Positions 6,398 to 15,346 of a stretch of 56,818 nt of DNA are shown here, in pieces. The translations under genes and the position numbers were made by a program. Location of the stretch: assembly GCA_036521795.1 (NCBI GenBank), contig DATDGZ010000577.1, positions 1 through 56,818 of the forward strand. The letters run 5' to 3'. The notes below the pieces were generated by a model, which was not told the DNA's origin, did not search any database, and saw only the letters and a list, made by a program, of their open reading frames with translations. The stretch is from Thermoanaerobaculia bacterium. GTDB taxonomy: Bacteria > Acidobacteriota > Thermoanaerobaculia > Multivoradales > UBA5704. How positions within the stretch are numbered: the first letter of the stretch is position 1; each line of letters opens with the position of its first letter.

Positions 6398-9271
6398 ATG
6401 GGCAATTGCAGGTGGGCGCTTGCCGCCCTGATCGCGGTGCTGGCGCTGCCGGCCCCGGCGTCGTCGGCGGCCGAGCCGGCGGGGGGGCCGCAACCCCTGA
6501 CCGCGGCGGAGCGCCAGGGCGTTCAGCTCGCCCTGCAATACCTGGCAGGCGGCGCGGCGGCCTGGTGGCCGGAGCTGGCGCGTGGCTCGTGGCTGCGGGC
6601 ACTGGGCCAGGAGGCGGCGATTGCCGAGATCGAGACCCGCGCCGGTCCGGCGCCTGGATCGCACTGGATGCTCCAGGCGGCGCCTGCCGACTTCGCGGCC
6701 CACGGCGCGGCGTTCACCATCGTGTTCCCCTCGGGTGCGGACGACACGCTGCTGCTGGAGTTGGTGGCGGAGGGCGGCGCCTGGCGGATCGACTCGGTGC
6801 GCGTCTCGGCGGAGCCCGGAAGCGGGGCCCCGGGCGGGCCCGCCGGGGCGGGAGCCGCGGTCTCGGCGGGCAACCGCGCCGGCGGCGCGGCGGCCGGAGG
6901 GGCTCGCGGCGCCCAGCCGTGGCGGCGCATGCTGCCGGCGATCCTGCTCGCGGCGTGCGGCTGCGCGGCGATCGCCGTGGGGCTCTGGCTGGCGCGCCGC
7001 CGCCGCCAGGCCAGGCAGACGGCGCGCGTGGCCGTACGGACCTCCTTCGCCGTGGCGCCGCCCGAACGGGCCTGGGGCGCGATGGCATTGGGCGCCGCAG
7101 GCTGCGCGTTGCTGGCGCTGGCCGCCGTCGCCGGCGTGGGTCTGGCTCGCGGCCGGGAGCCGGCCGGCAGCGAGGTGGCGGCCGGGGCGGTGGCAAGCGC
7201 TGCGGAGAGCGCCGGCGGTGGGCCGGAGCATTCGCAGCTCCGCAGCCTGCTCCCCTTGCGCCGGGCGCTCACCGCGAACTTCACGCCGGTCGGTAACGCG
7301 GCCACGCCCGCACCGGTCGACGCTGTCCAGGTCCAGGCTTCCTTGGACGCCCTGGCGGCGGCGGCCGGGCGCGACGGACCGGCCGCCGGCGTCGCCCTGC
7401 TCTGGCGAGCACAGCACCGCATCGATCGCGGCGATCTCGCCGGCGCCGAGGCGATGCTGCGCGGCGAGCCGCGGCGCAGCGCCCGGGCGCTGCTCCACGA
7501 GCTGTTGCTGGCGCGCTTGTCCCTGCTCCGATTGCAACCGGTGGAGACGGGCCTCGCCTACGAGCGGGCGATGGCGGCCGGGGTGGCGCACGAAGGCGTC
7601 GTCCTGGAGGCGGTGGAGGCGCTCTACGTCCTGGGATTCGAGGATACCGCCAAGCGGTTCCTGCACGAGATCGCGGCGCTCGGCGGCCGCAACGCCGAGG
7701 CCTATTACGACCTGGCCGACCTGGCGCTGCTCGAGGACCACAACCTGGAGGCGCACCAGGACTTCCGCATCGCCTGGAAGTTGCAGCCGATCGCCCGCGC
7801 CGAGCTGCTGTCGCAGTCGCTCAGCGCCTTCATGCTGCAAGACAGCGGCCTGCGCCACATGATGTCGCTGGGCACGTTCGCCGAGCCGGTGGGTGCCTGC
7901 GACATCGTGTCGCGCCGCCCCCTGGACCTGCCCTCCGGCTTCAGGGCCCGGTTGCAGGGCGAGGACCTGCGCCTGACCGCCGGCACGTCCGAGGTGCAGG
8001 TGCCGGGCGCGTGCGACCTGGCGCCGGACGGCACCGCCCAGGACGGCGCGAACGTCTGGCAGGAAGAGCGCGAAGCGGCGGCCCTGGCCCGCCTTCCCGA
8101 GCTGCGGCGGGTTGCCGGCTCCGCCGGCACGCTGGCCCAGCCGGTGCTCCGCCGGCAGACGGAGGAGGCGGCGGCGGCCCTGGCCCAGCGGCAGCGCTGG
8201 CCGGACCTGATCGCGATCACGGAGGGCATGGCCCAGCCGGCCGCCATCCTGCCGGCACAGCTCACCCGGCTGCGCGCGGTGGCCCTGGCGCGCAGCGGCC
8301 GTAAGCCGGAGGCGCGGGCGCTGCTGGTGCGCCTGGCGTTGGGAGACAAGACGAGCAAGCGCGCCGACCCCGGAGCGCTCTACCAGCTGGCCGATCTGCT
8401 CGAGGAGGAAGGGCAGTTCGACCAGGCCATCCGGCTGGTCACCAAGGCCAACGCCCAGCTGCCGTCGCCGCCGGGTGGCGACCGCTTGCTGAAATTGACC
8501 CTCGAGAAGCGCCTGGCCTCCTCGATGGAGCAGCTGAAGGGCCCGCACTTCCTCGTCAGCTATCCGCTGTCCCGCGGCCCGGCCTTCGGCAACGAGGCGA
8601 TGCGCATCCTGGAGGCAGAGCGCCTACGGTTGCAGAAGTGGATCCCGTTGCCGCCGGGTGGGGGCGCGCCGATCGAGGTCCGGCTGCTGCCCTTCGAGGA
8701 CTTCGAGCTGGGATTCTCCCACGGCGGCGACGTCCTGGGTCTGTACAACGGAGTGGTGCTGGTGCCGCTCGGCAGCCTGCGGACGTTCAATCCATTCGCG
8801 GTGTCGGTCATGACCCACGAGCTGGCGCACGCCATGATCGCGCAGCGCACCGGCGATCGGGCGCCGCACTGGTTCCATGAAGGCCTCGCGCAGCACGTCG
8901 AGATGCGGGAGGAGGGACGGATCAACAGCATCGCCGACTACCGCGCCGGCGACAGCCTGCTGGCGTTTCCCTTGATCGAGCCGGCGCTGCAGAGCTTCTC
9001 TTCGGCGGTCTGGGTGTCGGCCGCCTACGACGAGGCGCTGTGGACGATGAACTACATCGAGGCCCGCTACGGCGTCGGCGGCATCCATCGCCTGATGGAC
9101 GGGTTCCGCGCCGGCCAGACGACCGGCGAGGCGCTGGCCGCCGCGTTCGGCACGCCGGTGGGGCGCTTCGACCAGGACGCCTGGGCCTGGTGCACCAGCC
9201 AGGCGCCGCGAGCGTGGCGGCCCGAGGTCGTGCGCTACGACGGCGGCCATGCGAAGCCGCGCGGCCTCTGA
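6398..9271 (+). CDS. Large membrane-anchored protein with C-terminal HExxH zinc-metallopeptidase-like (MA clan) domain
   Basis: 957 aa. It has a signal peptide, two internal hydrophobic helices (LPAILLAACGCAAIAVGLWLA; ALGAAGCALLALAAVAGVGLA), TPR-like helical repeats and VMTHELAHAMIAQRTGDRAPHWFHEGLAQHVE (HExxH plus a downstream Glu). Confidence 0.75.
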   Translation: MGNCRWALAALIAVLALPAPASSAAEPAGGPQPLTAAERQGVQLALQYLAGGAAAWWPELARGSWLRALGQEAAIAEIETRAGPAPGSHWMLQAAPADFAAHGAAFTIVFPSGADDTLLLELVAEGGAWRIDSVRVSAEPGSGAPGGPAGAGAAVSAGNRAGGAAAGGARGAQPWRRMLPAILLAACGCAAIAVGLWLARRRRQARQTARVAVRTSFAVAPPERAWGAMALGAAGCALLALAAVAGVGLARGREPAGSEVAAGAVASAAESAGGGPEHSQLRSLLPLRRALTANFTPVGNAATPAPVDAVQVQASLDALAAAAGRDGPAAGVALLWRAQHRIDRGDLAGAEAMLRGEPRRSARALLHELLLARLSLLRLQPVETGLAYERAMAAGVAHEGVVLEAVEALYVLGFEDTAKRFLHEIAALGGRNAEAYYDLADLALLEDHNLEAHQDFRIAWKLQPIARAELLSQSLSAFMLQDSGLRHMMSLGTFAEPVGACDIVSRRPLDLPSGFRARLQGEDLRLTAGTSEVQVPGACDLAPDGTAQDGANVWQEEREAAALARLPELRRVAGSAGTLAQPVLRRQTEEAAAALAQRQRWPDLIAITEGMAQPAAILPAQLTRLRAVALARSGRKPEARALLVRLALGDKTSKRADPGALYQLADLLEEEGQFDQAIRLVTKANAQLPSPPGGDRLLKLTLEKRLASSMEQLKGPHFLVSYPLSRGPAFGNEAMRILEAERLRLQKWIPLPPGGGAPIEVRLLPFEDFELGFSHGGDVLGLYNGVVLVPLGSLRTFNPFAVSVMTHELAHAMIAQRTGDRAPHWFHEGLAQHVEMREEGRINSIADYRAGDSLLAFPLIEPALQSFSSAVWVSAAYDEALWTMNYIEARYGVGGIHRLMDGFRAGQTTGEALAAAFGTPVGRFDQDAWAWCTSQAPRAWRPEVVRYDGGHAKPRGL

Positions 9272-9388
9272 CGATCGGTTGCAAGAAGGTCCCGCCCCCG
9301 GCGCGCGGCGGGGGTTGCCGCGCATCTGGCCGCTACGAAGATGGCGGCGAGCGGAGCACGGCGCGGGCCGGGCAGGGAGGGCCGTGAG

Positions 9389-11086
9389 TCACTTGCGGTG
9401 CAGCGCCACGGCGCCGCCGAGCAGGAAGAGGCCCAGCCAGATCGGCCAGGGGCCGCGGGCGCCGGCGAGGACGGCGCCGGCCAGCAGGCAGAAGCCGCCG
9501 AAGATCGTGCCGCGGAGGCCGGCGAAGGGGTTCTCCGGCGAGCGGCGGGTGGTCTGCTCGAGCAGGCGCAGGCCCTCGGTGATGAGGGTCGGCGCCTTGC
9601 TCACCGCCTCGAGCAGCTCGGGGAGGGCTTGCATCCCCTCGCGGGCGAGGGTCAGCGGGTTGAACTGGTCGAGGAAGATCTTCCTGGCATGCGCCTGCGA
9701 CACCGCCGCCACGTCGAGGCCGGGCTTGAGGATCTGGCCGACGCCCTCGAAGGTCACCAGCGCCTTGACCATCAGCACCATCTCGACCGGGAAGTACATG
9801 GCGTGCTGGGCGCCGAGGTTGACCGAGTAGAGGATCAGCTGTGCCAGCGAGAAGTCGCGGAAGTTGGCGGCGCGGTTCCAGCGCTGCAGGATCTCGGTGA
9901 CCTCGCGGCGGAAGCCCACCGGGTCGGCCCCCGGCCCCGGCTCGGCGACGTTCGAGAGGTAACGGGCGGCGCCCTCGGGGTCTCCCGTCACCAGCGCGTA
10001 GTAGTAGTTCAGCAGCGTGCGCCGCAGGCGCTGGTCGAAGCGTCCGACCATGCCGAGGTCGATGAAGCCGAGCTGCGGGCCGGGGAGGACGAGCAGGTTG
10101 CCGGGATGCAGGTCGGCGTGGAAGAAGCCGTCCTTGAACAGCATGCGGATGATCGACGCCGCGCCGAGATCCACCAGCCGGTCGCGGTCCGCTTCCGACA
10201 GCGCCAGCGCCTCCGGCGCGTTGGGCTTGAAGCCGGCGAGGAACTCCATGCAGAGAACGCCCTGGCTGCTGTAGCGGCGGTAGATGCGCGGGAAGTGCAC
10301 ACCGTCCAGATCGTCGAAGTTGGCGGCGAAGGTCTCGGCGTTGTCGGCTTCCCGCCGCAGGTCGACCTCGCGCCGCGTGTACTCGACGAACTCGGCGATG
10401 ACCCGCTTCGGTTGATAACGCGGCAGCACCCGCTGCAGCATGGAGCCCAGCAGCTTGAGCAGGATGGCGTCGCGGGCGAGCGTCTCGCGGATGCCCGGCT
10501 TGACCGCCTTGATGATCACCGAATCGCCTTCGATGGTGGTGGCGCGATGGATCTGGGCGATCGAGGCCGAGCCGGTCGGCTGCGGGTCGACCCAGGAGTA
10601 CATCTCGGCGATCGGTCGCCCGGTGTCCTTGACGATCAGCCCGAGGTAGCGCGGGAAGGGCACCACCGGCAGCCGGTCGAGCAGGTTCTTGAGCTCCTCG
10701 GTGATCGCTTCCGGCAGCAGGTCCTGGCGCAGCGCCAGCACCTGCCCAAGCTTGATGTAGGTGGGGCCGAGCATCTCCAGGCGGCGGCGCAGCTGCACCG
10801 GGAAGGGGCGGCCCACCAGGCTCTTGTCGACGAACGGCCGGGTCAGGAAGGCGGCCGGCGCGGCGAGCCAGTGGAGCAGGCGGAAGCGCCTGCCCACGGC
10901 GGCCCTGGGCGCGCGGCGATTGCGCACGTAGACGTCGAGCCCGCCGAAGGTCAAGCCGATGAGGTGGCGTTGGATGACGAAGAAGCGCCGCACCAGCCCC
11001 TCCGGCGGCACGTCCGGAAGGATCTCGTAGCCCGGCATCGGATCGTCGGGAGTGGCCGTGGCGGCCTCGGCCGCAGGGGCAATCAC
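9389..11086 (-). CDS. ABC1/UbiB-family atypical kinase
   Basis: 565 aa with RLEMLGPTYIKLGQVLALRQDLLPEAITEELKNLLDRLP, ...ASIAQIHRA..., ...FHADLHPGNLLV...IDLGMVG and two C-terminal TM helices. GTG start 6 nt after the HMGR stop; the start is uncertain (alternative ATG 11038). Confidence 0.9.
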   Translation of the reverse strand: MIAPAAEAATATPDDPMPGYEILPDVPPEGLVRRFFVIQRHLIGLTFGGLDVYVRNRRAPRAAVGRRFRLLHWLAAPAAFLTRPFVDKSLVGRPFPVQLRRRLEMLGPTYIKLGQVLALRQDLLPEAITEELKNLLDRLPVVPFPRYLGLIVKDTGRPIAEMYSWVDPQPTGSASIAQIHRATTIEGDSVIIKAVKPGIRETLARDAILLKLLGSMLQRVLPRYQPKRVIAEFVEYTRREVDLRREADNAETFAANFDDLDGVHFPRIYRRYSSQGVLCMEFLAGFKPNAPEALALSEADRDRLVDLGAASIIRMLFKDGFFHADLHPGNLLVLPGPQLGFIDLGMVGRFDQRLRRTLLNYYYALVTGDPEGAARYLSNVAEPGPGADPVGFRREVTEILQRWNRAANFRDFSLAQLILYSVNLGAQHAMYFPVEMVLMVKALVTFEGVGQILKPGLDVAAVSQAHARKIFLDQFNPLTLAREGMQALPELLEAVSKAPTLITEGLRLLEQTTRRSPENPFAGLRGTIFGGFCLLAGAVLAGARGPWPIWLGLFLLGGAVALHRK

Positions 11087-11092
11087 CGCGAG

Positions 11093-12634
11093 TTACCGGT
11101 TGCGGCCGTACTTCTCGTGGCTCGACACCCAGTCGAGGGAGGAGATCGCGGCGGCGAGGGAGATCTCGCCGGCCAGCACGACGCCCGCGACGATCTCGGC
11201 GAGCTTGCGCACCTTGCCCTTGCCGGTGCAGCCCAGGATCGCGAGGCACTCACGCTGCGTCGGCAGGCCGGTGCCGCCGCCATGGGTGGCGACGATCAGT
11301 GACGGGATGGTGATCGAGATGTAGAGGTCGCCGCCCGGCGACACCTCGGTGTAGACCACGCCGGCGGACGACTCGGCGACGTTGGCGACGTCCTGGCCGG
11401 TGGCGATGAACATCGCGGTGATGCCGTTCGGCGAGTGGCAGCCGTTGTTGTTGGCGCCGGAGAGGAAGGCGCCGACGTTGGCGATGTTGGCGTGATAGTG
11501 CACGGTCTCCGGATCGACCCGCATGTGCTGCAGCAGGACGTCGCGTGGAATCGTGGCCTCGGCGGTGATGCGCTTGCCGCGGGTGCGCATGATGTTGATC
11601 TGCGACGCTTTCTTGTCGGTCGCGAAGTTCGACTCGAGATAGAAATGACGGATGTTGGGGGCGTTCTCGAGCATCCAGCTGCACGCGGCGAAGGTGGCGC
11701 GGCCGACCATGTTCTGGCCGGCGGCGTCGCCGGTCTGGTAGTTGAAGCGCAGGAACACCAGCTTGTTGGAAAGGTATTGATCGATGTAGGTCAGCTTGGC
11801 GACGCTCGAGGTCGCCTCGGCCTCGGCGCGGATCTCCGCCAGGCGCTCGTCGACCCACGCGGAGAAGTCGCGGGCGTGGCGCGCGTTGTCGAAGACGAAG
11901 ACCGGGGCGCGCTGCATGGCATCGCCGACCACCGTGCAGGTGACGCCGCCCGACAGGTTGAGCACCTTCATGCCGCGGTTGTAGGAGGCGACGAGGGTGC
12001 CCTCGGTGGTGGCGAGAGGGATCAGGAACTCGCCCTCGGCGTGCTCGCCGTTGACGCGCAGCGGGCCGGCGAAGCCGATGGGCACCTGGGCGACGCCGGT
12101 GAAGTTCTCGATGTTGCCCCGGGTGCCCACCGGATCGAAGGAATACTTGTTGATGTGCTGGAGCTGGACGCCGGTATAGTGCTCGACGAACTTCTGGCGC
12201 TCGGCGATGATCGCCGGCGACTGGTTGTCGTCCTTGTCGTAAGGCACGGCGGTGCGGCGCGGCGTCTCGTCGGCGATCGCGTCGGTGACCTTGAAGGAGA
12301 GGGCGCCGAACGGCTTGGCCTCGAAGGCGAGAGCGATCTCGTGGGTGCCGCGCGCCAGCTGCTCCATGTGCGCGTGGACGCGCACGACGCGGCGCAGCGG
12401 GAACTCGAGGACGTTGTCGGGACGGATGCTCGCGGCGGCGAGGCGCGGCCCGTCCTCGAAGCCCAGGGTGAGCTGGTCGAGCGGCACGCGGTTGCCGTTG
12501 ATGCGGACCTCTGACAGGCCGGTGAGCGTGGCGTCGGCGAGGCGGTTCTTCAAGCTGAAGTGGACGCCGTCGGCGTCGTTCTTCAGGCTGCCGAAGTTGT
12601 ACATCTGCTTGAGGATGAGCGACGGGATCTTCAT
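11093..12634 (-). CDS. Class-I-like HMG-CoA reductase with an extra soluble N-terminal domain of about 125 aa
   Basis: Catalytic-domain motifs: PLATTEGTLVASYNRG, GDAAGQNMV, NFATDKKAS, ATGQDVANVAESS, ATHGGGTGL. I place the start at ATG 12634 (MKIPSLILKQ...) because GAGGA lies 11 nt upstream. The extra 40 codons of ORF 11093..12754 are not supported. Confidence 0.85.
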   Translation of the reverse strand: MKIPSLILKQMYNFGSLKNDADGVHFSLKNRLADATLTGLSEVRINGNRVPLDQLTLGFEDGPRLAAASIRPDNVLEFPLRRVVRVHAHMEQLARGTHEIALAFEAKPFGALSFKVTDAIADETPRRTAVPYDKDDNQSPAIIAERQKFVEHYTGVQLQHINKYSFDPVGTRGNIENFTGVAQVPIGFAGPLRVNGEHAEGEFLIPLATTEGTLVASYNRGMKVLNLSGGVTCTVVGDAMQRAPVFVFDNARHARDFSAWVDERLAEIRAEAEATSSVAKLTYIDQYLSNKLVFLRFNYQTGDAAGQNMVGRATFAACSWMLENAPNIRHFYLESNFATDKKASQINIMRTRGKRITAEATIPRDVLLQHMRVDPETVHYHANIANVGAFLSGANNNGCHSPNGITAMFIATGQDVANVAESSAGVVYTEVSPGGDLYISITIPSLIVATHGGGTGLPTQRECLAILGCTGKGKVRKLAEIVAGVVLAGEISLAAAISSLDWVSSHEKYGRNR

Positions 12635-12725
12635 GGAATCGGTCCTCGGCTGTGGAACGCGGCCCGCGGGCACCGTGGAACCCGGCCGGCGGGGCCGCCA
12701 GGGAAAGCTCGGGTCGTGGCGCTTC

Positions 12726-12754
12726 AGTGTATCGCGGGCTTCCTTGCGGCTCAA
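12726..12754 (-). promoter_or_regulatory. Candidate promoter for the HMGR gene (TTGAGC-N17-TACACT)
   Basis: On the reverse strand: TTGAGC (12749-12754), a 17-nt spacer and TACACT (12726-12731). It lies in the 184-bp gap between the GMC and HMGR genes. Confidence 0.3.
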
Positions 12755-12818
12755 CAGGATAGCCGGGAGCCCGGGAGCGGCCCGTGCGGCGCGGGCGGCC
12801 GGGGCCGCCGCAGCAGGG

Positions 12819-14585
12819 TCAGGAGGCCGGGACCGGTTCCAGGTCCGGAGCTTGGGGCCGGGTGGCGGCGGCTTGCATGGCTGCCGGGAGGGGGCGGAGG
12901 GCGCCGTCCCGGGAGGGGACGTGGCTCATGGCGTGCTCCGCCATGGCGGTGATCGTGAGGCTGGGGTTGACGCCGAGATTGCCCGGGATCATCGAGCCGT
13001 CGACGACGTAGAGGTTGTCGTAGCCATAGACGCGGTTGCGGGAGTCGATGACTCCGTCCGCGGGCGACGAGGCCATGGCGGCGCCGCCGAGGATGTGGGC
13101 GGTGGTGGGGACGTTGGCGACCACCTCGTTGATCGAGCTCGAGGGGAAGGCGTCGATGCGCCTGGCCAGGAAGCGTGCCGCCTGGTTGGCCACCGGGATG
13201 TAGCTCGGGATCGGCGGCTGGCCGGGGTCGCGGCGGCTGGTGAGATGCTTGGCGAAAGGCCAGCTCCAGCGCCGCCGGCGCACCAGGCGCAGCGAGTTGT
13301 CGATCGATTGCATCACCAGGATGATGGTCGAGCGCTTGGCCCAGCCGAAGGGGTTCAGCGTGCGCAGGAAATCGATCGGGTGGCGCAGGCAGGAGGCCGC
13401 CCAGCGCAGCGGCCGGCCGAGGCGGCTGCCGCCGTCGATCAGCAGCGTGCCCAGGAAGCTCATGGCGTCGGAGCCGCGAGGGTAGCGCACCACCTCCATG
13501 TAGGTGTCGGGGGCAGGATGGAAGCCGGAGGCGATGGCGATCCCCTGCGAGTAGTCGCGGGCGCCGCTCCTGGCGGTGGCGCCGCAGAGCACCTCGCTGT
13601 TGGTGCGCACGTAGCTGCCGAGCGCCGGCGACAGGCGGTCGAGCGAGCCGCTCTCGCGGCAGGCCAGCAGCAGGTTGACCGTGCCCAGGGCCCCGGCCGC
13701 GAGCACCACGCCGCGAGCCCTCAGCGTGCATGGGGCGCGCCGGCCACGGCGGCGATCGCCGATGTCGCCGATGCCGCCGAAGGCGCCGATCGCGCCGAAG
13801 CCACCGAACGGCGCGGTCGAGCGGCGGGTCGCGAGGACGTAGCCGCCGTGGCCGTCCTCGCGCAGGCCGGTGACCAGGGTCTCCGGGCGCACCTCGGCGC
13901 CCAGCTGCTCGGCGAAGTAGAGGTAGTTCTTGTCGAGGGTGTTCTTGGCATGGTGGCGGCAGCCCACCATGCAGCCGCCGCAGTAGATGCAGGTCTTGCG
14001 CGCCGGGCCCGCGCCGCCAAAGAAGGGGTCGCCGACCGCCTCGCCCTCGCGCTCCCCCGGGCGGGCGAAGAGCACCGCCACTTCGGTCGGCCGGAAGGTG
14101 TCTTCCCTGCCGAGGCTCTTCGCGAACTCGAGCAGCTGGCGGTCGCCCTCCCAGATCCGCGGGGTGGTGGTGACGCCGAGGATGCGGCGGGCGGTGGCGT
14201 AGTGCGGCGCCAGCACCCGCTGCCAGTCGATCCCGCGCGGCCAGGTGCCGCGCTGGAACGCCTCCTCGCCGGGCTCGAGCAGGGTGTTGGCGTAGATCAG
14301 CGAGCCGCCGCCGACGCCGGCGCCGGAGAGCACCAGGACGTCGCGCAGCAGGGTCAAGCGCTGGATGCCGTAGCAGAACAGGCTGGGGAGCCAGAGGAAC
14401 TTGCGCAGGTTCCAGTTGGTGCGCGGGAAGTCCTCCGTCCGCCAGCGCTTGCCGGCCTCCAGCACCACCACGCGATAGCCCTTCTCGGCCAGGCGCAGCG
14501 CCGAGACACTGCCGCCGAAACCGGAGCCGACGATCACGAAGTCGGCGTCGTACTCCGGGGCCGCGTCGCTCAGGGCATCGGCCAT
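12819..14585 (-). CDS. GMC-family FAD oxidoreductase (cholesterol-oxidase-like)
   Basis: 588 aa. N-terminal DFVIVGSGFGGSVSALRLAEKGYRVVVLEAG (FAD Rossmann) and C-terminal VIDSRNRVYGYDNLYVVDGSMIPGNLGVNPSLTITAMAE (GMC signature). Confidence 0.9.
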   Translation of the reverse strand: MADALSDAAPEYDADFVIVGSGFGGSVSALRLAEKGYRVVVLEAGKRWRTEDFPRTNWNLRKFLWLPSLFCYGIQRLTLLRDVLVLSGAGVGGGSLIYANTLLEPGEEAFQRGTWPRGIDWQRVLAPHYATARRILGVTTTPRIWEGDRQLLEFAKSLGREDTFRPTEVAVLFARPGEREGEAVGDPFFGGAGPARKTCIYCGGCMVGCRHHAKNTLDKNYLYFAEQLGAEVRPETLVTGLREDGHGGYVLATRRSTAPFGGFGAIGAFGGIGDIGDRRRGRRAPCTLRARGVVLAAGALGTVNLLLACRESGSLDRLSPALGSYVRTNSEVLCGATARSGARDYSQGIAIASGFHPAPDTYMEVVRYPRGSDAMSFLGTLLIDGGSRLGRPLRWAASCLRHPIDFLRTLNPFGWAKRSTIILVMQSIDNSLRLVRRRRWSWPFAKHLTSRRDPGQPPIPSYIPVANQAARFLARRIDAFPSSSINEVVANVPTTAHILGGAAMASSPADGVIDSRNRVYGYDNLYVVDGSMIPGNLGVNPSLTITAMAEHAMSHVPSRDGALRPLPAAMQAAATRPQAPDLEPVPAS

Positions 14586-14617
14586 AGGGCGGGCGTTGAT
14601 GGGGCTTGGGGGGGGCC

Positions 14618-15178
14618 TCAGGCGAGGCTCGGGAAGATCTGCCCCGGGTCGAGGGCCAGGGCCGGCAGCAGCGGGGTGGTGAGGATCTCGCCGGGCCGAT
14701 AGATCCCTACCACATGGTAGTCCGGCTTGGTACCAGGGCCGAGATGGTAGACCTCGATGGCCTGCTGGTTCAGATCCACCAGCCAGTATTCGCCGACGCC
14801 GAAGCGGGCATAGGCGGCACGCTTGACGCCACGGTCACGCCCGACGCTGGTGCGGGAAAGGATCTCGACCGCCAGGTCGGGCGGCCCCTCGACTCCACGC
14901 TTGATCCTCGCGCGCCCGCTCGGCGTCACCAGCAGCAGGTCGGGTTGCAGCACCGTGTCGTCAGAGAGCACGACGTCCAGCGGCGCGATAAAGAGCGTCG
15001 ATCGGTCGCGGATCGCCTCTCGGAGCCGGATCGCCAGCTCGAGCAGGGCTGTCTGGTGCTTCGCGTTCGGGCTGGGAATGACGCAGGCCTCGCCGTCGAT
15101 CAGCTCGTACCGGGTGCCGTCGTCCGGCATCCGGAGGAGGTCGGCGTAGGTGAGGCGCTGGGCAAGCGACGACGACAT
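14618..15178 (-). CDS. Uma2-family (DUF820) endonuclease
   Basis: 186 aa: YELIDGE...PSPNAKHQ...LQPDLLLV...PPDLAVEILS...DRGVKRAAYARFGVGEYWLVD, the PD-(D/E)xK-like Uma2 pattern. Confidence 0.85.
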   Translation of the reverse strand: MSSSLAQRLTYADLLRMPDDGTRYELIDGEACVIPSPNAKHQTALLELAIRLREAIRDRSTLFIAPLDVVLSDDTVLQPDLLLVTPSGRARIKRGVEGPPDLAVEILSRTSVGRDRGVKRAAYARFGVGEYWLVDLNQQAIEVYHLGPGTKPDYHVVGIYRPGEILTTPLLPALALDPGQIFPSLA

Positions 15179-15277
15179 GTCCGAATTCTACTCCCCCCTC
15201 CCATTCGCGCCAAGCGGTCTGGTCTCATCTCCCTGTCTATGAAGACGGAAATCGCGTGGCGGATGGCGCAGCTCTTT

Positions 15278-15306
15278 TTGCGGGAAAACCCGCCGGCCGG
15301 TATGAT
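15278..15306 (+). promoter_or_regulatory. Candidate sigma70-type promoter (TTGCGG-N17-TATGAT) for the SDR operon
   Basis: TTGCGG at 15278-15283, a 17-nt spacer and TATGAT at 15301-15306. It lies about 40 nt upstream of the ATG at 15347. Confidence 0.5.
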
Positions 15307-15346
15307 CCGGCGCGCGGCGAACGATCCATACGCGAGCGGAGGTGCG

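Noticed and set aside
9290-9316. CCCCCG-N8-CGGGGG hairpin between the convergent peptidase-like and UbiB genes as a bidirectional terminator
   Set aside because: The stem is only 6 bp, the loop is GC-rich and there is no U-tract. This is too weak to call in GC-rich DNA.
14618-15178. Uma2 (DUF820) nuclease as part of a restriction or defence system
   Set aside because: It is a single gene with no methyltransferase, ATPase or other partner adjacent. Uma2 genes are commonly solitary.
14606-15346. N-terminal extension of the SDR ORF (497 aa from 14606), and similar extensions of ORFs 15256..16851, 16122..17339, 25907..27568, 32719..35508, 36592..37587, 37447..38835 and 41387..43294
   Set aside because: The extensions overlap other genes or promoters, are low-complexity Arg/Pro-rich, and lack RBSs. 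Internal starts with Shine-Dalgarno sequences and family-typical N-termini were preferred.
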